Source: Rhina ancylostomus (Eukaryota). Taken from it: a stretch of DNA of 62,210 bases. The stretch spans positions 91,746,543 to 91,808,752 of the forward strand of contig JARFYF010000074.1 in assembly GCA_030265395.1 (NCBI GenBank), read 5' to 3'. Within the stretch, counting starts at the first letter, position 1. Every line of letters starts with the position of its first letter. Shown one piece after another: positions 13,166 through 25,269 of this stretch. The translations under genes and the position numbers were made by a program. The notes under the pieces were generated by a model. That model had not been told where the DNA came from. It was given only the letters and a program-made list of their open reading frames with translations, and did no database searches.

Positions 13166-13878
13166 TTTAAAGTTTTATGACTGCAGGGATGATTCATTCC
13201 ACAACATGCCCAATCAAATTTCTGGAGTGATGTAAAATGAGCCAGGAATACTCATTATTTAATTGTATGCAGAGAGGAAGGAGTGTCTTTAAGGAAATTG
13301 CTTCTTGATTGCATTAAAGTGAAAAAAGTTCATGCGATTGAACTTCTAGATCCAAGTACCTTGTTTGTGGATGCAAAGGATTTAATGCCTGACTCAGGTA
13401 TGTGCAAAGAATGCCTCTTATTTGCTTTTGTCCAATGTGACTGTCCACTTCTTGCTGGATTTGTGTGCACAGTTCTTTACTGATGAATTGGGAACTTTGG
13501 AATTGTAAAGACAGCTACAGACCAGTCTCTAGGCCATTCAGGTATTACAAGTTCTTGGTGGTGCAGATTAAAAAGGATAAAATTAAGCACGGTTTTAACA
13601 ACAAAAATGCAATATTCAAGTCTCTAACATGTATTTAGACATCACCAAAAATATTTTAGTTCCAAAACAGCATTGAAATGTGCATACATCTGGTGTGATT
13701 CATGCCGTATGCCACATTAGAGAGGACACTGGAGCATGTGTGACATTAACTAGATTTTGGCAAATCTTAACGCCTAGTGGTGCTAGTTTAGAGCTGAGTA
13801 TTTCAGTTAACACTCTCTCTTAATTATACATAGGTGAGCACATGTTCATTAACTGACGGCGGGTTAATTCTGGTTGAT

Positions 13879-14075
13879 GGGGCGGCACGGTAGCGTAGCG
13901 GTTAGCACAACGCTATTACAGCGCTAGCGATTGGGGTTCGATTCCCGTCGCTGTCTGTAAGGAGTTTGTGCGTTCTCCCGTGTCTGTGTGGGTTTCCTCC
14001 TGGTGCTCCAGTTTCCNNNNNNNNNNTGCAGACTCATTGGGCCAGAAGGGCCTGTTACCACGCTGTAAAAAAAAA
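13879..14075 (+). mobile_element. tRNA-derived V-SINE with CR1-type tail (young, gapped)
   Basis: ggggcggcacggtagcgtagcgg A box, ggttcgattcc B box, V-domain, tail gggccagaagggcctgttaccacgctgt followed by an A run. Confidence 0.9.
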
Positions 14076-14454
14076 CAAATCTTTGCCTCTTCTTACTCCA
14101 ATTCTACAAGTGTACCACTTTCTCTAAAGCTCTTTAAGGTGTCTAAAGTTTACATGAAGAATTATGTCAGTGCTGAAGTACTTTACTCAGATTTTGTGGC
14201 CTCTTCTAGACATGGAATTCCTTTAAAATACCGAATGGGAGAATGAACAGAATCAACACCACAGTACCGCCTGATAAAAGAGGGAAGCAGACAGGGCAAG
14301 GAGCACTCTGCAAGAGGCTGTTTCTGTTCAGGGAGTAATTGTCCAATCAGAACTTCATTAAAGAACAAGACGTCAGCACTTCAGTACAAATGTTCTCACT
14401 GAAATCTGCTACCTTAATGCAATCATGAAGTAGGTCCAATTTAAGAGATGCGGG

Positions 14455-16175
14455 ATGAACATAAGAAAAAGTACAGGAATAGGCCACATGGTCCCTCAAG
14501 CTTCTCTGCAATTTGGTAAGATCATGGCTGATCATATCCTTGCCATAAGCAAATCTTCCTGTCTGTTTAGCACTCCCCTTGAATCCCCTACATTGCAAAT
14601 TTCTATCTTAANNNNNNNNNNNNNNNNNNNNNNNNNNNNNNNNNNNNNNNNNNNNNNNNNNNNNNNNNNNNNNNNNNNNNNNNNNNNNNNNNNNNNNNNN
14701 NNNNNNNNNNNTCTATCTTAACCCTGAACATATTCAATAACTCAGCCTCCACAATTCCAAAAATTCATGGCCCTCAAAGAAGAAATTCCCCCTTGTCTCC
14801 ACATTAAATGGGCAATCTGCCATTCTGAATCTATGCTCCTAAATGCTGGATTCTCCAATGAGGGAGAACATCCTCCCAGCGTACAACTTGTCAAGCCTCC
14901 TCAGTTATGTTTTAAGACCATATTCTCTTATTCTTCAGAACTGCAATGAAATTGGGTCTGAGCCACTCAGCCGTTTCTCATTAAAAAACCTTCATCCCAA
15001 AAATCAGGCTGGTGAACCTTCTCTGAACTGGCTTCCATTCAAGTCCACATTCCTCTACATAAGGAGGCCAAACTTGTATGCAGAGCTCCAGGCACCTCTT
15101 CAACAAATGCCTATATTCCATTTGTCTTCCTAAATACCTGGTACACCTGCATGCTAACATTATACTTCATGTGTAAGGACACCAGATTCATCTATGTGCA
15201 ATGTTCTGTAACTACTCTCCATTTAAACAATATTCTGATTTTTTTTTTATTCATCATAACTTCACATAATGCCTTATTTGCCAAACACTTGCTCAACTCA
15301 CTTGACTTATCTGCATCTGGGCTCTTAGAACTTGCTGTCCCACTTGTCTTTGTATCATTATCAAATTTGTCTTTAATGCAGTCCCTTCATCTAAGCTATT
15401 AATGTGCATCATAAATCACTGAGGTCCCAAAACTAATCTCTGTGGCACTCCGTTAGTTATCGCAATGTCAACTTCAAATGATCTATTTATCCCAAATCTC
15501 TCTTTGCTGTTGGGAATTTATGTTAATATATTACTCCAAATGCCAAGAACTCTTTATGCAGTAACCATTCACATGGCACCTTACCAGTTTATTAAATGCT
15601 CCTTTGGAAATCTAAGTGTATTATGTCTACTAGTTCCACTGCATACACCCAGCTCACGACATCCTCAAAGAACTCTAAAAATGTGCCAAACAGGATTTCT
15701 CTTTTGTAAAACTATGTTGACTCTGCTTAATTGTGTTGTGATTTTATACATATCCCACAACAATTTCCTTATTAATCAATTCCAGTACTTTTCCCCAGTG
15801 ATAGATGTCAGGCTAAATGGTCTATAGTTTCCTGCCTTCTAACTCCCTCCTTTTTTGGAACAGGGATGTTACATTATATAGTTTTCAAATTCTCTGGGGA
15901 ACCCTTTGCAGAATATATGGTATTCAGGAAGATCACAAATAATGCATACAGGTACTGGATATGTGCATAATTCCTGTCATTCTTTGGTCCTATTGATTTG
16001 CCTGATACTTGACCCTCTAGTGATAAGATTTAAGATCTTGATCCAGATTTAAGCTCTTTACTCCCTTTTGTTCTCTAATTTTCTACTATTATTGACAAGT
16101 TTTTCTGCATTTTTCCATGAAGACTGAACAAAGATTTCGTATCCAATTATCTGCCACTTTCTATTTCCTATTAAA
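14455..16175 (-). mobile_element. CR1 LINE, degenerate ORF2 RT to 3' end
   Basis: Reverse CR1 tail (aacataaga...ggaataggccac...gatcatggctgatc) and reverse RT motifs (atggcaccttacca...aatgctcctttggaaatcta; gatgtcaggctaaatggtctatagtt = NYRPFSLTS). Confidence 0.8.
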
Positions 16176-16895
16176 AAAAATTCTGGAAATAATCATCAGG
16201 TCACATAGCAATTAACGATGAGAAAACTGTTCCGCTCTACATTCTTACTACCTGAGATGCTAAGTTTTGCCGACACTGAACTGAATTTATACTGTGCAAG
16301 CATGTTAAGCAGTACCAACCAGAACTGAAATGGATGATAGATACCTTTACCTAGAGATGTGAATCTGTGACCCAAATTTAAACTGCAGAGTTTAAACAGG
16401 AAATTAAGTACAAATTGTAGAAGGTGTATAAGACCAAGTTAATGTTCTGCCAACTGCTGTTGTTCAAATAATTTAAAAAAAGAGACCAAATTCCAAATTC
16501 TGGAGGTAATTGTATCTACTGAATGTTTTTTAAAAGCTCTTTGTTTGTAGGTATGAAAGACAATTTTGATTATAATTAAATAATGTAGCTTATGTTCTAT
16601 ATTTTTTAAAAACTTAATTAAGCTGAAATACAAGCAATGTACAGAGAAGCAGGAATATGAAAAAACACACCCTTTAATGTTGAAACTCACTGAGCCATCT
16701 TACCTATGTTTTATTGACAAAGAAAGCTAACCTAGTGACATAAGATAGAGATTCTAATATTTAGGTGCTTCTCATAGAAATGCTTTCTATATTTCACATT
16801 ACCTTCCCAACTAAACAAGTAACTGAATTGTGAAGCCAAGTAATTCTGCCCAGCTGTGTTTCATTAACAGACAGTTAATGCTAATCACTTACACC

Positions 16896-16978
16896 TGGGA
16901 GACAAATGATGTCCTGGAGGAGAGAAGTTGTTGGGAGACAAATGGTGTTCTGGAGGAGAGAAGTTGTTGGGAGACAAA
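16896..16978. repeat. 36-bp tandem repeat, about 2.3 copies
   Basis: tgggagacaaatg(a/g)tgt(c/t)ctggaggagagaagttgt at 16896 and 16932, partial third copy at 16968. Confidence 0.95.
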
Positions 16979-17571
16979 CAACTATGGTAAGAAAGGGATA
17001 AATTGTTAAATGTGAGCAAAGTGACAACAAAAGGGGGAGGATTTAGGAGTTATGATAGTAATAAAGAAATTCTGGGAAGATGGGTGTCTGTCTTTTTCTA
17101 AAAGAGGGTTAAAGGTAGACAAACCAAACAAAATAAAGACAGTTAAGTTAGTAACTACATTCTCTGACTATTTGAAATATGGAAAATTGACTGGCTTAAT
17201 GTAAAGTAGTGGATGGAATTTGCTACTCTCTCATTAAATAATCTTCATTATTATTTTATGACTGCACAACAAAATGTGAAATTTAAGAAATACCATGAGT
17301 CTATATTTAGCTTGAGTCTAATCTACCTTCAATTTAATTATGCAATGTTCTGGTGCATTGTACTTACTGTACATCTTCCCCCAGAACTAGTTTATTCAAG
17401 GTGGTTGTAATTCAAGTCTTGTTTAATCTTAACCTTTTTAGTATTGAGGCCCTTCTTCAGAAGTGGAATTTTTTATTGTTCTTGATGTAAAATGATGGCT
17501 GGTAGTCAATTGAGAGGTTATTTTACGCTGCAACCTGCTTTCCTTCCCACTGTTTTAATAAAGCTATAAGC

Positions 17572-18035
17572 TGTTTATTTATTAGTCACACATACATTGA
17601 AACAAACAGTGAAATGAGTCTTTTTGCTTTACTAAGAATGTGTTGGGGGCAGCTCGCAAGTGTCACCACTCTTCCGGCACCTACATAGCATACCCACAGC
17701 TCCTAACCTGTATGACTTTGGAAGGTGGGAGGACACCAGAGCACCAAGAGGAAACCCATGCAGACACAGGGAGAACATACAAACTCCTTGCAGACAGCGA
17801 TGGGAANNNNNNNNNNNNNNNNNNNNNNNNNNNNNNNNNNNNNNNNNNNNNNNNNNNNNNNNNNNNNNNNNNNNNNNNNNNNNNNNNNNNNNNNNNNNNN
17901 NNNNNNGAATGTGGGAGGAAACCAGAGCACCCAGAGGAAACCCATGCAGACACAGGGAGAACATACAAACTCCTTGCAGACAGCGTTGGGAATTGAACCC
18001 AGGTTGCTGGTGCTGTAATAACGTTACACTAACCA
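17572..18035 (-). mobile_element. V-SINE with Rex/Babar-like tail; overlapping duplicate around a 100-N gap
   Basis: Reverse head (gggaattgaacccagg...acgttacactaacc), V-domain present on both sides of the gap, tail tttattagtcacacatacattgaaac. Confidence 0.85.
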
Positions 18036-18589
18036 AAGAATATCTGGGATCCCAAAAAATCATCCTGTTTTGTACATCTGGCATTGACCAAGTTCACTCC
18101 TTTTATTTCTTGTTAGCTTTGATGCATGTCTGCTGAAATGAATGAAAGCAAAATGAATTTCTTTACACAGAAAATCAAAGCATACTTGAATATATTTCAA
18201 GATCTGATCTGTGATGCTGAGATGAACTTCCCAAAGTCTACACTTAAATACCTCTTAATTACCAGAAATAACTAGTTCACAGGATGTGGAATTCAGTCTG
18301 TGGATTAGTCATCCTACTCTTGCCAAGCACACTGCAGGTATTTTAGGCACTGACAAAAATACCTAATTCCCTGGGAAATAACAATGAAAGCAGCAGTGTC
18401 ATGTTAAAAGAGTGGATTCTTTAAAATTTGTAACTAGGCAATTAACTGGGTGATGACATGATAGGACAACTCTTTGGAGATCTGGCATGTACCATTTTGA
18501 ACCTTGCCTAATAACTTTTGTTAATTCTGTTATTAAATAACATTGTAATTATATTTGCATCTTGTGAGTAAGTAAATATTGTGTTGTAC

Positions 18590-20258
18590 AAATATTACAA
18601 CAGTGTACAAGAGGGATGGGTTGGACCTTTATTGGAGGGGGCAACCAATATTCTGGTGGGTATATTTACTAATGTTACTCAGGGTTCAAACTAGTCTGGC
18701 AGGCACCAAAGCAGTAGTGTAGCAGATGAGGAAGTTGAGGCAAATATACAAGTTAAAGTGAACATGCTCAGTAGGCAGGACAGGAAGCAAGTAAGATCTG
18801 ATAGGATAAAATGCATTTATTTTAATACAAGAAGCCAGATGGATATGGCAGATGAACTTGGGGTGATGGATAGATACAGTACATGGGACTGGGCTAATAC
18901 AGAAATATGGTTGAGGGAATGAGCAGGACTGGCAACTCACTGTTTGGAGGTACAGATGCCACAGGTGTGATAGAGATGGAGGTAAGATGGGGGTGGGAAG
19001 AGAGTTGTGTTTCTGATTAGGGAGAATATCACAGCAGTGCATAAAGATATTTCTGGTCGAGTGTCAGATGAGGTGCGAGGCTGTATAGATGAAATTCAGA
19101 AATAAGGAGCTGNNNNNNNNNNNNNNNNNNNNCAGCACCTCACCCCCCCCCCCCAACAGTCAATTGGAAATGGGGGAGCAAATATAGTGAGATTGCAGAA
19201 TCCTAAGAATAGGGTTGTAATAGTTGGCAATTTTGACTTGGACTTCAGTAAGGCCTTTGACAAGTTCCCACATGGTAGGCTGGTCCAGGAGGTTAGATCA
19301 CATGAGATTCAGGGTGAGCTAGCCAACTGGATACAAAATTTGGCTTGGTTGTCAGAAGCAGAGGATGGGAATGGAGAGTTGTTTTTCAGACTGGAGGCCT
19401 GTTACCAGCAGGGATTAGTACTGGGTCCACTGTCGTTCGTCATTTATATTAATGATTTGGATAAGGATGTAGTTGACACGATTCATATGTCTGCGGATGA
19501 CACCAAAATTTGTGGTATAGCAGTTACAATGAAGAAGTTACAATGGGATCTAGAACAACTGGGAAGTGCTGCATTTTGGGAAATTAAACCAGGGCAGGGC
19601 TTTGGAGAGTGCTGCAGAACTGAGGCCTAAGTATAGAAGTGCTTAGATTCCTGGGAGTCTCAACACAAGTAGACGTGGTGCAGAAGGCGGCATTTGGGAT
19701 GCTTGCCTTCAGTCGAGGTGCTGAGTGCAAGAGTTAGGTCATTATGTTACAACTGTATAAGACGTTGGTGAGACTTCAATTGGAGTATTGTGCGCAGCTC
19801 TGGTTGCTGAGCTATAGGAAGGAAGTCAATAAGTTGGAAAAGGTGTAGAATAAATTCATAAGGATGTTACTGGGACTGAAAGGCTTGAGTTATAAGAGAC
19901 TGGATAGGCTAGGGTTTTCTTCCCAGAAGCATAGGAGGTTGAGGAGTAACCTTTATGGAGGTAAAATGATCAGGGACAGAGATAGGGTGAATGGTCAGTC
20001 TTTTTCCCCGGGTAGGGAAGTCTTAAAACTACAGATTTGAGAGGGGAAAATTTTTAAGGGGACATAAGGGACAACTATTTCACTGGTAGAGATGGGTACA
20101 ATTACAATGTTTAAAAAGCATGTAGACAGGTACATAGATTGGAAAGGTTTAGATGAATAAAGGCCAAATGCAGGCAAGTGAGTTTAGCTCAGGTAGGCAA
20201 CTTTGTTGATGCGGACTAGTTGGGCCAAAGGGCCTGTTTTCATGCTGTATAACTGTAC
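18590..20258 (+). mobile_element. CR1 LINE with large internal deletion (APE remnant fused to RT, then 3' end)
   Basis: ORF 19187-19630: NRVVIVGNF joined to LDFSKAFDKFPHGRL..QGLVLGPLSFVIYINDLD..ADDTK; tail gggccaaagggcctgtttt. Confidence 0.9.
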
Positions 20259-20429
20259 GTAGAATATAGATCAGTACAGCACAGGACCAGGCCCTTTGGC
20301 TCACAATATTTGTGCTGACCATCATGCTAATCCAAATTAATCCCATCTGCCTTCACGTGTTCTATATCCGGCCTTTCCCTGCCTGTTCATGTGCCTGTTT
20401 AAATGCTTCTTAAACATTGTTATTGTTTA

Positions 20430-21281
20430 AGGTTATGGGTGGGAAGTTCAGGGGAGATGTCTGGTTTTTTCACCCAGAGTGTGGTTGGTGCATGGAATGC
20501 GCTGCCTGGGGTGGTGGTGGTGGAGGAGGCAGATACGTTGGATAGTGTTACGGACGAGGTTACAATTAGTGAGGTTCCTTTAAGATTGTGAGTGTGTGTG
20601 GGGCATGCTTACATCAACAGAAGATAAAGAACGTCATGACATTGTTGTTGAAACAACCAGTCGGAGTCAGTCTGAAGGGGAGAGAGAGAGAGAGAGACAG
20701 AAGAACAAGAGAGAGGAAGACACGAGGCTGCTTGTTTTCTCTATTGATGGATGAGAAACACTAACTGTGGCTGTCACTGCAATCCACATATGGATTGTTG
20801 AGAGTAATCCGGTGGAGTTCACTTTGTCTGTAACCTGTGGAGGAAAANNNNNNNNNNNNNNNNNNNNNNNNNNNNNNNNNNNNNNNNNNNNNNNNNNNNN
20901 NNNNNNNNNNNNNNNNNNNNNNNNNNNNNNNNNNNNNNNNNNNNNNNAGTTTGGGAATTTGCCACACACACACACGACAAGTTTAGTTAGTTTTTGGGGT
21001 TAATGTTCGGGGTTTAACATTTTTTTACTTCTAACATTTTTACTGTTATTTTACTTATTATCATAAGTAGTTATTAATAAAGTAGTTTTTAAACACATAC
21101 AGGTCTCAGTGTGTTTCTGTTGTTGCTGGTACGTAACACAGGTTCAAGAGATCGTTGAATGGGCATATGGAGGAAAGTGGGATAGAGGGATATATGGGAG
21201 GAAAGGGTTAGATAGTGTGAGGTGTGGTTTGATGGACGGCACAACATGGTGGGCTGTAGGGCCTGTATTGTTCTATGGTTC
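20430..21281 (+). mobile_element. 5'-truncated CR1 3' end, split by a solo LTR
   Basis: FFTQSVVGAWNALPGVVVVEEADT before the LTR; ttcaagaga...gggctgtagggcctgtattgttctatggttct after it. Confidence 0.8.
20546..21138 (+). mobile_element. Solo LTR-like element (probably Gypsy-type)
   Basis: Begins TGTTACG and ends CGTAACA (TG..CA inverted termini); AATAAA near 21076; internal GA run; cleanly interrupts a CR1 tail. No clear TSD, and it contains a 100-N gap. Confidence 0.7.
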
Positions 21282-22289
21282 TATATCTGCTTCCACCTCT
21301 TCCCCTGGCAGTATCTACCTCTATGTACAATAAAACCTTGCCTCATAAATCTTAAATATTTAATCTTTCCCTCTCTCAACTTAAAGGCATGACCTCTAGT
21401 AGTTAGTCTATTAGACCTTGAGACATTTCCACCTTGGGAAAAGACTCTGACTATCTACCCTATGACTCTCATCATTTTACATACTTCTATCAGGTTGCTC
21501 ATCAGCCTCTGGCACTCCAGGGAAAATAAGTTTGTCCAACATCTCCTTTATAGTTAATACTCTCTAATCCCAACAACATTCTGGTGAACCCCTTCTGCAC
21601 TTTCTCTAGAGCCTTCACATCCTTCCTGTAATGCAGCCACCAGAACTGCATGCAATGCTCCAAATGTGACCTAACCAAAGTTTTATACAGCTGCAACATG
21701 ACCTCCTGATATTTTTTAATATCTACATTCATTATAAACAAACACACACAATAGCCTGACTGATGAAGGCAAGTATACTGTACAACTTCTTTACCACCCT
21801 ATCTACTTGTGTTGCCACTTCCAAAGAGCTATGGACTTGCATCCCAAGATCCCTCTGTACATCAATGCTCCTAAGGTTCCTGCCAATTATTGCATACTTT
21901 CCTCTTGTATTTGACCTCCCAAAATGCAACATCTCTCTTTGTCTGGTGTAACCTCAACCTGCCATTTCTCTGCCCACATCTGACTGGTCTATATCCTGCT
22001 GAATCCTTTGACAACTTTCCTCACTATCCAAAACTCTGCCAGTCTTTGTGCCATCTGCAAACTTAATAATCCACCCACCTACATTTTTTGTCCAAATCAC
22101 TTATACATTACAAATATCACAGAGGTCCCNNNNNNNNNNNNNNNNNNNNNNNNNNNNNNNNNNNNNNNNNNNNNNNNNNNNNNNNNNNNNNNNNNNNNNN
22201 NNNNNNNNNNNNNNNNNNNNNNNNNNNNNTGTTGGCATATTGTGGGCCGAAGGGCCTGTTCTGTGCTGTACTGTCCTGTGTTCTATAAT

Positions 22290-23280
22290 TAACACCCTGA
22301 CTGATGAAGGCAAGTATACTGTATGCCGCCTTTACCGCCCTATCTATTTGTGTTGCCACTTTCAGAGAGATATGAACTTGCACCCCAAGATCCCTCTGTA
22401 CATCAACACTACAGCCATTTTCTGTGTACTTTCCCCTTACATTTGACTTCTGAAAATGTAATATCTCATATTTGTCCAGATTAAATGCCATCTGCCATTT
22501 CTCTGCCCATATCTGTATCCTGCTGTATCCTTTGACGACCTTCCTCATTGTCCACAACTCCACCAATTTTTGTGTCGGCAAACTTCCTAATTAGCCTACC
22601 CACATTTTCATTCAAATCATTTGTATAATTCAGAAACAGACATCCCAGCACTGATCACTGCAAAACACCACAGGTCACAGACCTCTGGTCACGATAACTT
22701 CCCTCCACCACTACCCTCTGTCTTCTATGACCAAGCTAATTTTGAATCCAATCTACCAAGTCTCTGGATTCCATGCGGCTTAATTTCCTGGGTCGGCCTA
22801 TGCATGAGGGATCTTGTTGAACGCTTTACTGAAGTCTATGTATACAAACAACCACTGCCCTACCCCCATCAATCATCTTTGTCATCTCCTCAAAAAACTC
22901 AATCAAGTTGGTAAGATGTGACCTCCCCCACATAAAGCCATGCTGACTATCCCTAATAAGTCAATGCTTTTCCAGATGCTAGTAGATCCCATCCTTGAGA
23001 ATGTTCTCTAGTAATTTTCATAACACTGATGTAAAGTCCACCAGCCTATAATTTCCTAGTTGATCTCTCTTGCCCTTCTTAAACAGAGGGAAAACATTGG
23101 CTATTTTCCAGTCCTCAGGGACCTTGCCTGTGGCTGAAGAGGATATAAAGATCTGTGTCAGGGCCCCAACAATCTCTCTCTTGCTTCTCTCAATAACCTG
23201 GGATATCTCCCATCAGGCCCTGGGGACTTCAAGAACCCCAACACCACCACCTCACATTGCCCTAGAATATTAGCACATCC
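22290..23280 (-). mobile_element. CR1 LINE RT region
   Basis: ORF 22117-22581 (WAEKWQMAFNLDKYEILHF..QRDLGVQVHISL); reverse motifs for QHGF, DFSKAF and NYRLV. Confidence 0.85.
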
Positions 23281-24149
23281 CTTCCTGATTTCCTTTAGTC
23301 CTTGACTAAACTGGTTTTAAAGGGAAGTAAACTGGAAATGTTGCCTGCCAATTGAAAGGATTTTAAACTTTAAAATGGAAGAAATATTGTGAAAGAAATC
23401 AACTTCAAGAAATTCATTATCCTAGTATAAACTTCAAATGTAATATTTCAAATGTGCTAGTTGTTGTCCCCTTTTATTGACAATGGTAGCTAGCCATCAG
23501 GAGAATGGCTCACTTTTCACTAATCACATATTACTAATTTTATTTAAAAGCTGAAGACAGTTGTGAAATTCAATTAGACAGTATGGCCTTGTCAAAAATA
23601 ACACTTGCTATACAGCAAAACAAACATTGTATGATAAAAGCAAATGGATCAGAGCTTTGGTCTATTTGAACCTTTAAATTTCAAATACTTTTTGGTGGCT
23701 AAGAACAAAGTGTCAGCAGTCCCTCAGTTTTATCATGTCAATAAGAGAACACTTGCAGTATAGGGTAGATTCTCCACTTTGCACTGTACCCTACTTTCTA
23801 CAATTATCTGGAGCTATTTACATGTTTTAGAGATTTAGCAAATGTGTAGGTTTTAGGCAGCTGGAACACCAAACTATAAACACTGTTATATTTAAACCAT
23901 TCTTTCTGTCATCACCTTCAACCTTCTCCTTGGTAGTGAGAATTAAGTAATATTTTTCCAGTAACAGCATGTCTGAAGGGTACAGAGGCATCATGTTAAT
24001 TACACACTAATCCAGCAACTTGTTCAACCAACAAATTTGCCTGTGAATGCACTTTTTAAATCCTTTCTCATGTCACAAAAAATTAAGCAATTACTAGTGG
24101 CATATCACGTCTCTTCCTACAGTGACAATGCTTTTTTTAAAAAAAAGCT

Positions 24150-24242
24150 AATGAAAGCAGAGAATACTGAAAACACTCAGCATTTCAGGTGGCACATGGC
24201 ACAATGTTAAAGTTTCAGGCCAATGACCCCCTCATGAGAAAA
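24150..24242 (-). mobile_element. Old Penelope-terminus copy with degenerate hammerhead motif
   Basis: Minus strand reads ctcatga-ggggg tcattgg cct-gaaa-c and is followed by the gctgagtgttttcagtattc family body. Confidence 0.5.
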
Positions 24243-25269
24243 ACTAGAAACCAGATACGTTGCAGAGAAGTCTGATGGGGTGGAGATCAGGAGAAACAGA
24301 ATGACACAAGTGGAGGGGCTGCTGGTTGCAAGAGGGTGGTAGAGGTTTGGTTATTGCAGATGATCAATCTGAAGACTGTACATAGGAGGAAACAGAATTA
24401 AAACAGGAGAAGGGAGAGGGAAAAAGAAGCAAAAACCACTGCTGGAATGGAGATGCATATTGAAAAACCAATACCCAACCCCAATTTAACATAACCCCAA
24501 ATATTAAAAATGGTGTCTGCCAGATATGATCCATTACATCTACATGATGCTGTAATACACCACTTTCATCTAAGATCCTTACAGCAGTATGCATGTTTTG
24601 TATCAGTCCTTCACAATGCAGTTTTTTTTTCAAGCTTTCATACTGCCATCCAAGCTACTGATAACAGCTGAAGTAGAATCAAGATCCTTAAAATGATCTC
24701 TGCAGAAATCAGTCTATAATTGTTCCTCAAGGAGAACCAATTCAATTTCCTTCCATCTATTTCAATGCAGCCCAAAATAATCTTATTTAGTGAGTTGCAT
24801 CAAATTCAGTATACATGATGCAACCAAACAACAATTTACGGACCAGTAATGTTCTCCAAATTGAAGCAGGTGAATAAGAAACCAAATTGAGCTTGGAATT
24901 TTTGTCCATTTGGCTTATTAATTTGAATCTGCAACCACTCAATGTTCAGGAAATGCATTCTAGATGATGATCATCATTATATTTAAAACATTTATCCTCC
25001 ACAATCCCTCCCAATCTTTTGGCAATCACTTTAAATCTATTAAAAGGAGTGTGGGAAACTGAATGCCAGTGAAGTTTTTAAAAAAAAGTATAGTAAAGAA
25101 TCCCAATGGGTGAAAAGAGCATGTGAAACAAAAGAGTTTGAATAATCATTTGGTTTAAACAAAGATGAAGGGAATTGAAATTGTTCCTTCACATTTAAAA
25201 AAAAGTAATCTAATGGATATAGTATTATATGCATATTTTCTATTAGCTGAATTAATCTAATAAATAGAT

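Larger units (their letters stand above)
20262..22128 (-). mobile_element. CR1 LINE 3' portion, interrupted at about 20430-21281 by nested insertions
   Basis: ORFs 21502-21747 and 21732-21932 (LQLYKTLVRSHLEHCMQFW, LHFGRSN, QRDLGMQVHSSL); the sequence at 20429 resumes at 21282. Confidence 0.85.

Noticed and set aside
16896-16978. 36-bp repeats as a CRISPR-like array
   Set aside because: Units are contiguous with no spacers, the context is eukaryotic, and there are no cas genes.
17715-17995. Apparent SINE dimer
   Set aside because: Near-identical sequence flanks a 100-N gap, consistent with an unmerged overlap or haplotypes; similar gap-flank repeats occur at 14.6-14.7 kb, 31.7 kb and 59.0-59.15 kb.
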